A DNA stretch of 64,000 bases from Carpediemonas membranifera BICM (taxonomy: Eukaryota > Protista > Fornicata): positions 1 to 64,000 of the forward strand of contig JAHDYR010000013.1 of NCBI GenBank assembly GCA_019828565.1, written 5' to 3'. The translations under genes and the position numbers were made by a program. Positions within the stretch are counted from its first letter, which is position 1. Every line of letters begins with the position of its first letter. Positions 32,333 through 41,839 of this stretch are shown one piece after another. The notes beneath the pieces were generated by a model that ran no database searches, was not told where the DNA came from, and saw only the letters and a program-made list of their open reading frames with translations.

Positions 32333-33288
32333 GTCGGCAAAGGCAGGTGGTGGTCGTGTTGTTCGTGATCGTAAAAGCTGAATACCAGAGAAAGATCTGC
32401 CTGCATCATTCCATGTGCATGGCTCCTGTATTTTCCGCGTTTTAAGGGTCGAATGGTTTCAAATGTAAACCCGGGGCTATCAACGCGGGGGAGGGGAAGG
32501 ACCAAGCATGTGCAAGGGCAGGCCGGGAGACCGGCCCTTTGGCACACAGCAAAATCGGTCTGGGTCGGTCAGACCCCATGTCATCCCAGACTCCATCACT
32601 CAAAATGGTGCGTGCATGCATGCTTTAGAGCCCATTCCGAAGCTATATCGGCCATGCCGTCACCTCGACTACTACCATCGAATCGCTGTCGCTCTGCCAT
32701 AAAGCTTGTATAGCCCTCTAACATCTGGATCCGGGCCATTACCAGCGGGCGCACACTGGAAGTATGCGTTTGGAGTCGATCCGATCTTCGATTTCGACCG
32801 ACATCGAACATGACGAGTAGAGGTCGGAGAGGGCTGAAACTCACACCATCGCATCAGAATAGAAGCTCATACAGGATAGCTGACCCGTCTGTACTTTTTA
32901 ATCTCCCAACCTTAATTTCTGGAGTCGTCGAAAATGACGACTCAGTTTGACTCAATCCACCCTCAGCCTGCACCCACTGGCGTAACCTCAGCTACTAGCG
33001 ACCGATCTTAGCACGACTGAATTCGGATGACACTCAGCCAGCCGATGAAAGGGGGGCAACAGCCTCAGATACCTGCATTATAACGCGGCATCAGCAGCAA
33101 CGAAACCCGAGCATGACTGTGGTTCGAGGGCGAAACACAATGCAGCCAATAGACCATCATCCGGCGGTCTCTGGGACAATGATTGAAAGATCGAATATTT
33201 GCTCTGATACGCCCTGATCCAGGTCTTACAGTCGAGCAAGTCAGAACAATCTGGCGGTTAGTTCTGGCGAAGTAGCGCAGTTCTGGTG

Positions 33289-34089
33289 ATGGGAAACAAT
33301 AATTCCGCAGCACCAAGTCGTTCTGACATCAACAATACACCGGTAGCGAGCCATGGTCATACTACCGCGAAGGAATCGGACAAAGGACAAATTGTGAACA
33401 TAGACTGGAAGCATGGCGGGCATTCAGTGTACATTACAGGTTCATTCAACCGCTGGAGGGAACGCATACCGATGAAACACAAGGACGGCGTCTGGTCAGT
33501 GGGCATCCGCCTCCCAATTGGACTGCATCAGTACAAGTACGTCGTGGACAACGAGTGGAAGTATGACCACACCAAGCCCACTAGATCAGACCCTATTGGG
33601 AATGTGAACAACATTATCGAGATCCACGAGACGCTCGACGACCCCGATGCTCGCGAGTACACACAGACCCTGCCTGTGCTAGGACAGGGGCTGTTTGATA
33701 ACATGGGGCTTGTGCCAGACGCTCAGCCCAAGCAGCTGAACACTACGCCTCTCAACAGACAGATGAAGGACGACGGCCGCATCCACCCCGACGCCGCAAG
33801 CCAGCAAAGTGCCGAGGTCGTCGGTTCAAGAGACCCGTGTCTGCTGCCCCTGCCCGAGCATGTGGTGCTGACCCATTTATACCGGGCGAACACGGCGACG
33901 ACGACCCAGTACGGCGTCACTGTCCGTTTTAGGAACAAGTTTGTGACGACGATAGTTTATAACCCGAGCTCGGGTGTGCTGGACGAGCGGCGGCGTATTG
34001 AGCAGGAATGCCAGTACGGCGGGACGATGCTGAGGCCCGGTGAGAGTCTCGGGCAGTTTTACTTGAGGGAGATGCGGGCCGCGGGATGA
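33289..34089 (+). CDS. AMPK/SNF1 beta subunit
   Basis: MGN myristoylation motif, CBM48 (GSFNRW...YKYVVDNEW), ASC domain (DPCLLPLPEHVVLTHLY...KFVTTIVY). Confidence 0.92.
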   Translation: MGNNNSAAPSRSDINNTPVASHGHTTAKESDKGQIVNIDWKHGGHSVYITGSFNRWRERIPMKHKDGVWSVGIRLPIGLHQYKYVVDNEWKYDHTKPTRSDPIGNVNNIIEIHETLDDPDAREYTQTLPVLGQGLFDNMGLVPDAQPKQLNTTPLNRQMKDDGRIHPDAASQQSAEVVGSRDPCLLPLPEHVVLTHLYRANTATTTQYGVTVRFRNKFVTTIVYNPSSGVLDERRRIEQECQYGGTMLRPGESLGQFYLREMRAAG

Positions 34090-34206
34090 GCGGGCAGTGT
34101 AAAGCAGCAGCTGGCACAGTACCGGCACAGTGATGGTTGGTGCACATAAGATCATGGTTGGTCGGGTGGCTGAGTCTTACAGTTGTGACTGCTGATCCAT
34201 GACACG

Positions 34207-34914
34207 ATGGTGATGATCGGGCTGATGTGGGCTGTGGTGCGGCCCATCCTTGAGAAACGGTACGAATGCAAGCAGATAGACGACCATAGAGACGATGATA
34301 CCCGTGTTCTCGATCTTTCAGCCAGCATGAAGGCTGCAATGTCGAACGAGGCTGCATCTGCCATACTGCGCCTCCATCTCGAAGATTCAGGCCGAACGGC
34401 CGTATTTAACATCGAGATACACGATAATTCAGGTGCAACTGTTCTCACAGACGAGGCTTCTGTCGCCATCCCCACGGACTCTAGCGGGGCTCTGACCATG
34501 ACGGTCCTGCGGCCGAGAATGAGCGCGGTCACTGGCATGCTAGACCAGTATCTCGTGGTCAGACAGGAACCCTTCCCGTCCCATGGGATGCGGGGGCCGG
34601 GTAGAGGCGTCTTTGACGAGACCATGCCAGGCGGCATTGATGTGGGCAGCGACGACCGCCACCCCGCCGGCATTCCGTCAGTAATCAACCCCATTGGCGG
34701 CTTCCACCCCAGCGGGAGTCTGGTGGGACCTGGCCACGGACTGTTCCAGGGCAGGGGGGAGAGGGGGGGCGTCAGGGACCCTGATGCACCCAACCCACTG
34801 GGAACAGACGGGGATGTCGATGAGTTCAGCAAGGGTCTGCCTGACGGCGAGCGGCCGCTGCCCAAGGGGGCTGTTCCACCGGGTGCAAGGTTCGACCCGT
34901 TCGGACCTGTGTGA
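34207..34914 (+). CDS. PSMF1: Proteasome regulator PI31-like
   Basis: LVGPGH and C-terminal GAVPPGARFDPFGP motifs. Confidence 0.75.
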   Translation: MVMIGLMWAVVRPILEKRYECKQIDDHRDDDTRVLDLSASMKAAMSNEAASAILRLHLEDSGRTAVFNIEIHDNSGATVLTDEASVAIPTDSSGALTMTVLRPRMSAVTGMLDQYLVVRQEPFPSHGMRGPGRGVFDETMPGGIDVGSDDRHPAGIPSVINPIGGFHPSGSLVGPGHGLFQGRGERGGVRDPDAPNPLGTDGDVDEFSKGLPDGERPLPKGAVPPGARFDPFGPV

Positions 34915-35187
34915 AGTGGGCTCGTATAAAGCAGAATGCTGTACCGGGTCTTGAGCTGGTGCCCCACAAGGTAGGATGTGGTACTTCTTTGTTGGCAAGA
35001 AAGCGAAGCCGCAGGGCAATGCTCACAGCCACGGTTTAAATTGCGCCAAAATTATTGAGCGCCCACCTGGTGGAGGCATAGCCAGGGGGGCATTCTACAG
35101 CGTACTGGGGCCCGACCGAGCCTTGTACTTGAAGGGGGAATTGTCAAAGTCGCCTGGCAGTCGCCACCGCAGCGCCCCAACACAAGA

Positions 35188-36185
35188 ATGTCCAAAAGCT
35201 TAGACCGGGACATTGAACAGCTAACAATGAATTGTAAGTGCCCTAGTGAAGAGAGTGTGCTTCAAACATGCTCCAAAGTGATTGAGCTTCTTCGTGATGA
35301 TCCTAACGTCATCCAAGTGAGGGCGCCAGCTTCAGTTTGTTCCATACGACTTGATTATGCAGATATGTGGCGACATTCACGGCCAATTCTATGATTTGAA
35401 AGAGCTTTTCAGTGTCGGTGGAGATTGCCCTAACACAAACTACGTTTTCATGGGCGACTTCGTTTGTACCGTGTCCCAAGCTCACACAGGTAGATCGAGG
35501 CTTCTACAGCGTCGAGACGCTTCTATGGCTTCTCATGCTGAAGGTGAAGCATCCTCAGCGTCTTAACCTCATCCGCGGCAACCACGAGTCCCGCCAGATC
35601 ACTCAGGTCTACGGCTTCTACGACGAGTGCCTCAAGAAGTTCTCCACAGTCTCCGTGTGGCGCTCGTGCACCTGCGTCTTCGACCACATTGCCCTGGCGG
35701 CCATTGTCGAGAACCACATCTTCTGCGTCCACGGCGGTCTCTCCCCTTCAGGGTCCACGATTGACCTCATCCAGAACCTCGACAGGGTTCAGGAGGTCCC
35801 ACACGACGGGATCATGTGCGACCTGATGTGGTCGGACCCCGAGGCCATCGACGGCTGGGGAATCTCACCAAGAGGAGCCGGGTACCTCTTCGGGGCAACC
35901 ATAGTCGACCAGTTCCTCAGGAACAACCGGCTGGGACTCGTGGCCCGTGCCCACCAGCTCGTGATGGACGGGTACCGCTTCATGTTCGACGACAGGGCCG
36001 TGACGGTTTGGTCCGCCCCCAACTACTGCTACCGGTGCGGCAACAGGGCGGCTATATTCGAGTACGACGGCGTCAGCAACGACCGGAAGTCCATGGACAA
36101 GCGCTTCCGTCTGTTCACTGAGGCGCCGTCATCCCAGCGCCTGTTCCCGTCCCGCCGCAACAAGGTGCCCGACTACTTCCTCTAG
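35188..36185 (+). CDS. PPP4C: PP2A-family Ser/Thr phosphatase catalytic subunit, most like PP4; introns 35335-35362 and 35462-35489
   Basis: Spliced [53 protein letters not shown] end. Confidence 0.9.
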
Positions 36186-36428
36186 TGGCGCTGTGCCGTA
36201 AACATCACTTCTTTTCATCCGTTTGTCACTTTATTAGCATTGTGCTGCTCGGCGTCGTTGGAGGGACTCAAGGCCATCAGACGATGTTCACGGCATCCTC
36301 GGGGTCTGAGGCGGCAGGAGACACCATTCACTTTGTCCCAACCGGCCCCGCGGCTGTACCATCTTTACCTGTCAAGTCGGGTTAGGGTCGCGATCTCCTG
36401 CCAGCTATCTTCGAAAACAGTAATAACG

Positions 36429-37064
36429 ATGGAACCACGTGAATTGACGGAGGAAGTGAAGCTGACGAAGACTACCATGGATGAGAAGAACTATGACCTG
36501 CTTGCAAACATGTTTGCTTGCATGAAATGCATCGATTATCTTGAACGGATCTATGCGAGCGGAGACATCAAAGAGGACCAGTATGTGATGCAGTGCAAGC
36601 AGCTTCTGAACCAGTTCTTCCAGCTGAAGCAGTCTGTGAAGGACATTGCCCCCGACCACGAACGCTTTGCCGGGGACTTCTCCCTCCAGTGCCCCTCCGC
36701 CCTCGCCCGCATCCGCGAGGGTGTCCCGGCCACCTCCCAGAACGGTGTTTCGCTCAGTGGCCCCAGCCAGATCATTGCGGCGAACAAGGTCACGGAGAAG
36801 TTCATCACCCTCATGGACCAGCTCCACATGAACTACCGCACCAAGCAGGACCTCGCCATAGGTGTCGAGAGCACGTACGAGGCCATGATCGACCTGGCGC
36901 TGCTCCCAGTTGACTTCTCGGGCAAGGTCGAGTTCCAGAAGTGGATCAACACGTTCAACATGATGAGAGCCACAGACTCTCTCTCGGAGGAGCAGGCCGG
37001 CGAGCTTCTGTTCGCGTGTGAGCACACATACCAGAAGATCAAGGACCTCCTCCAGTCATCCTGA
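36429..37064 (+). CDS. VPS28: ESCRT-I subunit Vps28
   Basis: EEVKL...YLERIY...CKQLLNQF, FITLMDQL, LSEEQAGELLF. Confidence 0.92.
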   Translation: MEPRELTEEVKLTKTTMDEKNYDLLANMFACMKCIDYLERIYASGDIKEDQYVMQCKQLLNQFFQLKQSVKDIAPDHERFAGDFSLQCPSALARIREGVPATSQNGVSLSGPSQIIAANKVTEKFITLMDQLHMNYRTKQDLAIGVESTYEAMIDLALLPVDFSGKVEFQKWINTFNMMRATDSLSEEQAGELLFACEHTYQKIKDLLQSS

Positions 37065-37209
37065 GCCAGCACCCAGCCATCCGTAAATATTGCACATTGG
37101 ATATCAGCAGAGGGCGGCGAGGCCGGTATAAGTGGGGGGCCTACCATGGCGGCGGGGAGCATGCCTGGCGACGGATTCCAGAAAGATGCACTTTATGGCA
37201 GAAAATTCG

Positions 37210-38461
37210 ATGGCGAGTGAACCCAAGCAAACTATCAAAGATTACCTCGAAAAGGCGAACGTTTTCCAAATATTGCACACAGCTGTGAAAGACTTGACGC
37301 TGGCGCATCCCGACGACCCCCTGCAGTTCCTGTCATCGTGGTTTGCCAACAAAAATCGTCAGTCCCTGGTTCTATGTCGCTTACACAGCTCCTCGTGTTC
37401 TTATTATTACTGGCGAAGATGATTCTGCTGATCAAATAGGCGTGGACATTGCTCAGAAGTTCAATGTCGCCCCCCTCTGGCTCAAGGACATCAAGGAGAG
37501 CGCCCCAACGGCCACCAGGGCAGAGTTAGCCGAGAAGGTCATCACCAAACTCTCAGCGATGAAGGAGGGCTACGTGCTCACGGGCTTCCCCCAGACGCGC
37601 TCCCAGGCCTTCATGCTGCAGGATCACGGCGTCATCCCGACCCACGTCATCATCACACAAGGCGCGCAGCTCGACGCGTTCAGGCCGCTGTACCCCAAGG
37701 CGCTGTGCTTCCCCGCGGACACTGCCGCTGCCGTTGCCTTTGTCGGGGCAGGGCAGGTTCCAGACGTCCGACCCGAGGCGACCCACCGCGTCTTCCTCTT
37801 CGGCCCCCCCGGGTCGGGCGTGTCGACCGTGGCCACTAGACTGACCGAGGAGCCCGGTATCGAGGCCGCCCTGACGATGCAGCAGGTGCTCTACGCCGAG
37901 GTCGCTGCTTGCACAGAGGCCGGCCGTAAGCTGCATCCCTACACGAAGCGGCATATCAACCACAGAGGAGAGGTCGACTTCGACGTCGACATCGCCACCA
38001 TCTCGTCCCGCGGCCACGACGCCCTTATTGCTGAGATCGCCGCGGCCCGCCTTGGCCGGACACAGGGCTGGGTAGTCCACGGCAAGTGGCCCATGAATAT
38101 GAACCAGGTGAAGCTCCTCGGCAAGCACGGCGCGACCCCCACACGCGTGATCATGCTCGCCGTGCCCGACGAGGTGTGCATCGACCGGCTCGTAAACCGG
38201 CGGGTCGACCCCCTCAGAGGAGTGATGGTCCACCCGGACGACCCTGAGTGGGACGAGCGGTGCCTCGAGTTCATTCAGCGGCCCGAGGACGAGCTGAGCA
38301 CCGTCCAGGAGAGGATGGCAGCGTACCACCGGTGGCCGCTCCTCGCACACGTCAACAACACCGCTGAGATCGTCGACGGAGTCGGGTCACGGGAGGAGGT
38401 GCTCGCTAGAGTGCTCGCGGTGCTCAGGCGGCCGGCCATTGGCGGAGGGGGGCTTGTTTAA
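37210..38461 (+). CDS. Adenylate kinase-like protein (AK8-type) with N-terminal Dpy-30/RIIa-like motif; intron 37358-37388
   Basis: YLEKANVF...PDDPLQFL; GYVLTGFPQTRSQA; GPPGSG; RLVNRRVDP. Confidence 0.8.
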
Positions 38462-38518
38462 ATATCTGTCAGACAGACACTTTATTGCAATTCCACAATC
38501 AACGGGATAAACTACACT

Positions 38519-39169
38519 TTACTCGAAAGAAGGCCGCCTGGCACCACAGTTACCGCAGTATGACGCGCCCTCCTGGAACTTAGCGCCACAGAAAGGGCAG
38601 TATATCATCGGTCCGGCCGGCTGTGCGTACTCGGGAACCACACCAGGCCCGAGCTCCGTATCCGCCGGGATCCACACCATACGCATCCCAGAGACCGTCT
38701 GCGTCTTCATGGGCGCGGGTTGGGCGCGGGAGTATGCTGGATTGGCGTTGTATGAGCTGAACTCATGGGGCTCATGGTCCACGGGCAGCGGCCGCCGCTC
38801 AGAGGCTGGCTCGTCGCGGACAGACTGCATGAAGCGGGTGGTGCGGGCGAGTGGCTCCCCGTCGCCCTCAATATCGCAGGGGGAGGAGACGTCGGGGCTC
38901 CTATGGGATGGGGCGACGTGGGACTGCGAGGCGTACGGCGGGCCACCATCCTCGAGCATGTCGTCGAGCTCGTCAAATACGTCTTCTTGTGGTTCCTTGG
39001 TCTGGGGAAGTGGCTTCCGCGGCTCAGCGGACTGGTTCAGTACAAAAGGCTTGCGTTCGCGCGGGGAGCTCTCAGATTTCTGTTGAACGCCAGAAACGCG
39101 GCATTTCTTAGCGTGTGTCACGAATTCGCTGGGATTGGTAAAGGATTTCGAACAGAATGGGCACTTCAT
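38519..39169 (-). CDS. Zinc finger / zinc-ribbon protein
   Basis: CPFC...H...C at the N-terminus; YCPFCG...YCGNCG at the C-terminus. Confidence 0.75.
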   Translation of the reverse strand: MKCPFCSKSFTNPSEFVTHAKKCRVSGVQQKSESSPRERKPFVLNQSAEPRKPLPQTKEPQEDVFDELDDMLEDGGPPYASQSHVAPSHRSPDVSSPCDIEGDGEPLARTTRFMQSVRDEPASERRPLPVDHEPHEFSSYNANPAYSRAQPAPMKTQTVSGMRMVWIPADTELGPGVVPEYAQPAGPMIYCPFCGAKFQEGASYCGNCGARRPSFE

Positions 39170-39326
39170 CGTCCTGCGATTTTGTCTCTAATCTGCACCA
39201 GTAATTTTTGGGGCACAACGACGGCTGAGATCTAGCAGGGTGTGAGACCCAGGGTAACATCGAATCAATGACTAGTCAGCGCTTTTCTGTGGGTTTTTGA
39301 GCCTGGAATTCCGACCTTTCCAGACA

Positions 39327-40211
39327 ATGCCGACCGAGACTCTTCGTGCCCAAGAGGTTACTATTCAGGGCTACAAGTTTTTGATCACTGTTTCTCGAAA
39401 GAACAAAGCCGTTTGTCACTCTCATTCCCGTCTCATCCAGGACAGTTCGCTTCAGATCACCGTCACGGGCGATTATCCCGATGCAATGTACCATATCGTT
39501 CTCCAGGACCAAACTATCCAGATCCTACGCCAAGCGCGTACCTTCCACACCGACCAGGCCCTCTACACCTACCTAGTAACGTCGATCCAAATGAAGGGAA
39601 TACCAAAGAAGCGCAAGTACGGCTACGACTTCTCTAGTGTGTCCTTCTACCTCAACAAGGTCAAGTTTGAACACGGCAGGCCCGACACTGCCGCCTCCCC
39701 GCCCCTCTCTCGCTCGAGTTCGATGTCTGTTGCCCCCCAGCACCAGCCCGCCCCGTCGACATCATCGTTCGCCCCAGCGCCATACACAGTGTCTGCAGCG
39801 GTCTCCTCAGCCATGCCGACCTCTCCCCTGCACACGAGGACAGTTCTGTCTGCCAGCGACCTGTACCCCGCCCCCGCGGCCATGGGCATGGGATCTCCGT
39901 CACCATCAGACAGACTCAGTAGGGTCGAGGCCGCACTGTCGGCCGCCATGGACCGCATCCAGAGACTCGAGGCCGAGGGTGCCACTGCCACGATGCAGAC
40001 GCTGGGCGGTGAGGTCGATGTGCTCAAGTCAATGATGCTCTCAGGGAAGCGGGATGATATCCTCAAGGTCCAGCTGACCCAGTCCCTCCACGATAGAATG
40101 GGGAAGCTCGAGGGGGAGGTCACCCGCGGCCTTCAACAGTTGAATGCCCGCGTGGAGTCACTCGAGAAGCTGGTGAAGGCCCGGCGATCGGACATGGGCA
40201 AGTACATGTGA
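39327..40211 (+). CDS. Hypothetical protein with C-terminal coiled coil
   Basis: Long ORF with heptad-like C-terminus. Confidence 0.7.
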   Translation: MPTETLRAQEVTIQGYKFLITVSRKNKAVCHSHSRLIQDSSLQITVTGDYPDAMYHIVLQDQTIQILRQARTFHTDQALYTYLVTSIQMKGIPKKRKYGYDFSSVSFYLNKVKFEHGRPDTAASPPLSRSSSMSVAPQHQPAPSTSSFAPAPYTVSAAVSSAMPTSPLHTRTVLSASDLYPAPAAMGMGSPSPSDRLSRVEAALSAAMDRIQRLEAEGATATMQTLGGEVDVLKSMMLSGKRDDILKVQLTQSLHDRMGKLEGEVTRGLQQLNARVESLEKLVKARRSDMGKYM

Positions 40212-40298
40212 TCATAGACTCTTCTGTAAGTTATAAAGGCGCTCGTTGGTGCCGCTATACTGATCCGAGGGTATAGGACAGTTTAAGGTCAGAAACTC

Positions 40299-41767
40299 TG
40301 TGCTATTGAAGGGTCGAACAATGTGTTTATACTGCGCAACACTGCCCTGTCTCCCTCCTACTCACGTCTAAAGTCGGTAGGGAGATCGTCTTCTCCAGGG
40401 CTTCCACAAAGCGTCTTCTTCGTGGACGTCAGCACAGCTGCAAACATCACAATCTCAAGCTCACACGTCTCATTGTCTTCTATTCCACATTAAATTCACT
40501 TCTACACTTGTATATGCTGGTAATGGTGTTCATCGTCGGCTCTTATATGACATCTTCATCAATGACCAGCTGCACACCTGTAGTGCGCAACAAGATGGAG
40601 ATATATACGATCAAAGCCTCCATCAAGCAAGCTCTCAGACAGAACTACACCGAAGAACGGAGAGTGGGGGATTACGCCGCAGCAAAATATCTCTACTCAT
40701 GCCTGCTGGCCCGGCTCGCGGTTGAATGCTATGCGCAGCGCCGGCAACTCCCCCTACATGACGGTTCCGTACGTTCGAAAGCGAGCGAGAGGGCGGGAGA
40801 AAGAGCGCCCCCGACTCGGGACCAATAATGCCGAGGCTCCGCCCGCGCCGGATCCTGATGTCCACCTCATGGGGTTCGACACGGGCGCGAGGCCCATCGG
40901 AGGGTATTACATCAGGCACCCCGATGGCACCACCAGCTCCGGCGTCCTTCCAAAGTGCGGATACACTAAGACGCCAAGTTTCGGCTTTGATATGACGGCC
41001 GCGTCGTTCAAGAGCACAAGACTAGTGAGTATCAACAACTCTATTAGGTTTGTGCTGGACAACGCGAACGAAATTTTCGAGGCTGGAATGCGTAAGTCTT
41101 TCCGCCGAGTGCGCTTTGCGAACCACATCCTTCGCCAGAAGCACCTCGCCCGCTGCGGCCAACAGTTGGCTCGGGAGTTCGGTTGGCGTCGCCACCATCC
41201 CATCGCCACCCCCATTCGCCTGAAAGTTTTCTACAGGAGCTCGGGATTCACCACGCCTGCTGGTATGTCCATTCCTTGCGCGCCATATCGAAAGTTCGCG
41301 AGAGAGATAGTTCCCCTTCTCAAGGGGTATAACATTGTCGTCGATCTTAACATGGTTAACGAGGACCGCACCACCGTCGTCTGCCCTCACTGCCACGCCC
41401 CCTACAAGCGAGTTCGTCCGCGTGATGACCAGCACGTTCACCCACATCGTGTGATGCTCTGCGAAAATCCACAGTGCCGTGGTGCTCAGTGGCGCGCAAC
41501 AGTTCCTGATGCTCTGAATGTTGATCAGCGGGACAAGAGTGCTGCAGAGAACATCCTGTGGCGTTCTCTTGCCACGGAAGATGAGCTCAGTGGCTCTCCG
41601 TTCAGTCGCACATTGATCCCACGTCTTCAAACATCATTCCAGTATCATTAATTGGCTAACCGCCAACATTCGTCTACGGACGGATGATGCTGTACAGTTT
41701 GGCACTTTGATCGTTCCTTTCAGGCCCTGTCTTGGAGGTTCGAACAATGTGTTTATACTGCGCAACA
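40299..41767. mobile_element. Miniature LTR-like element carrying Fanzor
   Basis: TGT...ACA termini; direct repeats 40299-40341 and 41728-41767; imperfect 5-bp TSD AACTC/AGCTC; PPT-like tract 40342-40358 on the minus strand. Confidence 0.75.
40595..41651 (+). CDS. Fanzor1 (eukaryotic TnpB/OMEGA nuclease), split in two frames and internally shortened
   Basis: N-terminal YTIKASIKQAL...LAVECYAQRRQLP (from 40595). Second frame: RuvC-I GFDTG, FRRVRF bridge region, RuvC-II VNEDRTT, Zn finger CPHC...CENPQC, RuvC-III QRDKSAAENIL. Confidence 0.88.
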
Positions 41768-41787
41768 AGCTCCTGTTTGGCCTGTAC
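41652..41787 (+). ncRNA. Candidate Fanzor omegaRNA (scaffold to 41767, guide from the flank)
   Basis: Directly 3' of the stop codon; hairpins TTGGC/GCCAA and CATTCGTC-TACG-GACGGATG (cUACGg tetraloop); ends at the element boundary. Confidence 0.55.
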
Positions 41788-41839
41788 ATACTCCATTTAT
41801 TTCACAGTAAACGCTGGCTTAGGCAACAGGGTCCAACAC

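Noticed and set aside
23339-41767. Four copies of AATGTGTTTATWCTGCGCAACA read as a CRISPR array
   Set aside because: Not regularly spaced and no cas genes; better explained as element termini
40283-41830. IS607, IS200/605 or piggyBac-type boundaries for the Fanzor element (TTAA or GG core)
   Set aside because: No serine recombinase, Y1 or DDE transposase, no TIRs and no matching right-hand TTAA; TGT...ACA with a 5-bp TSD fits both copies better
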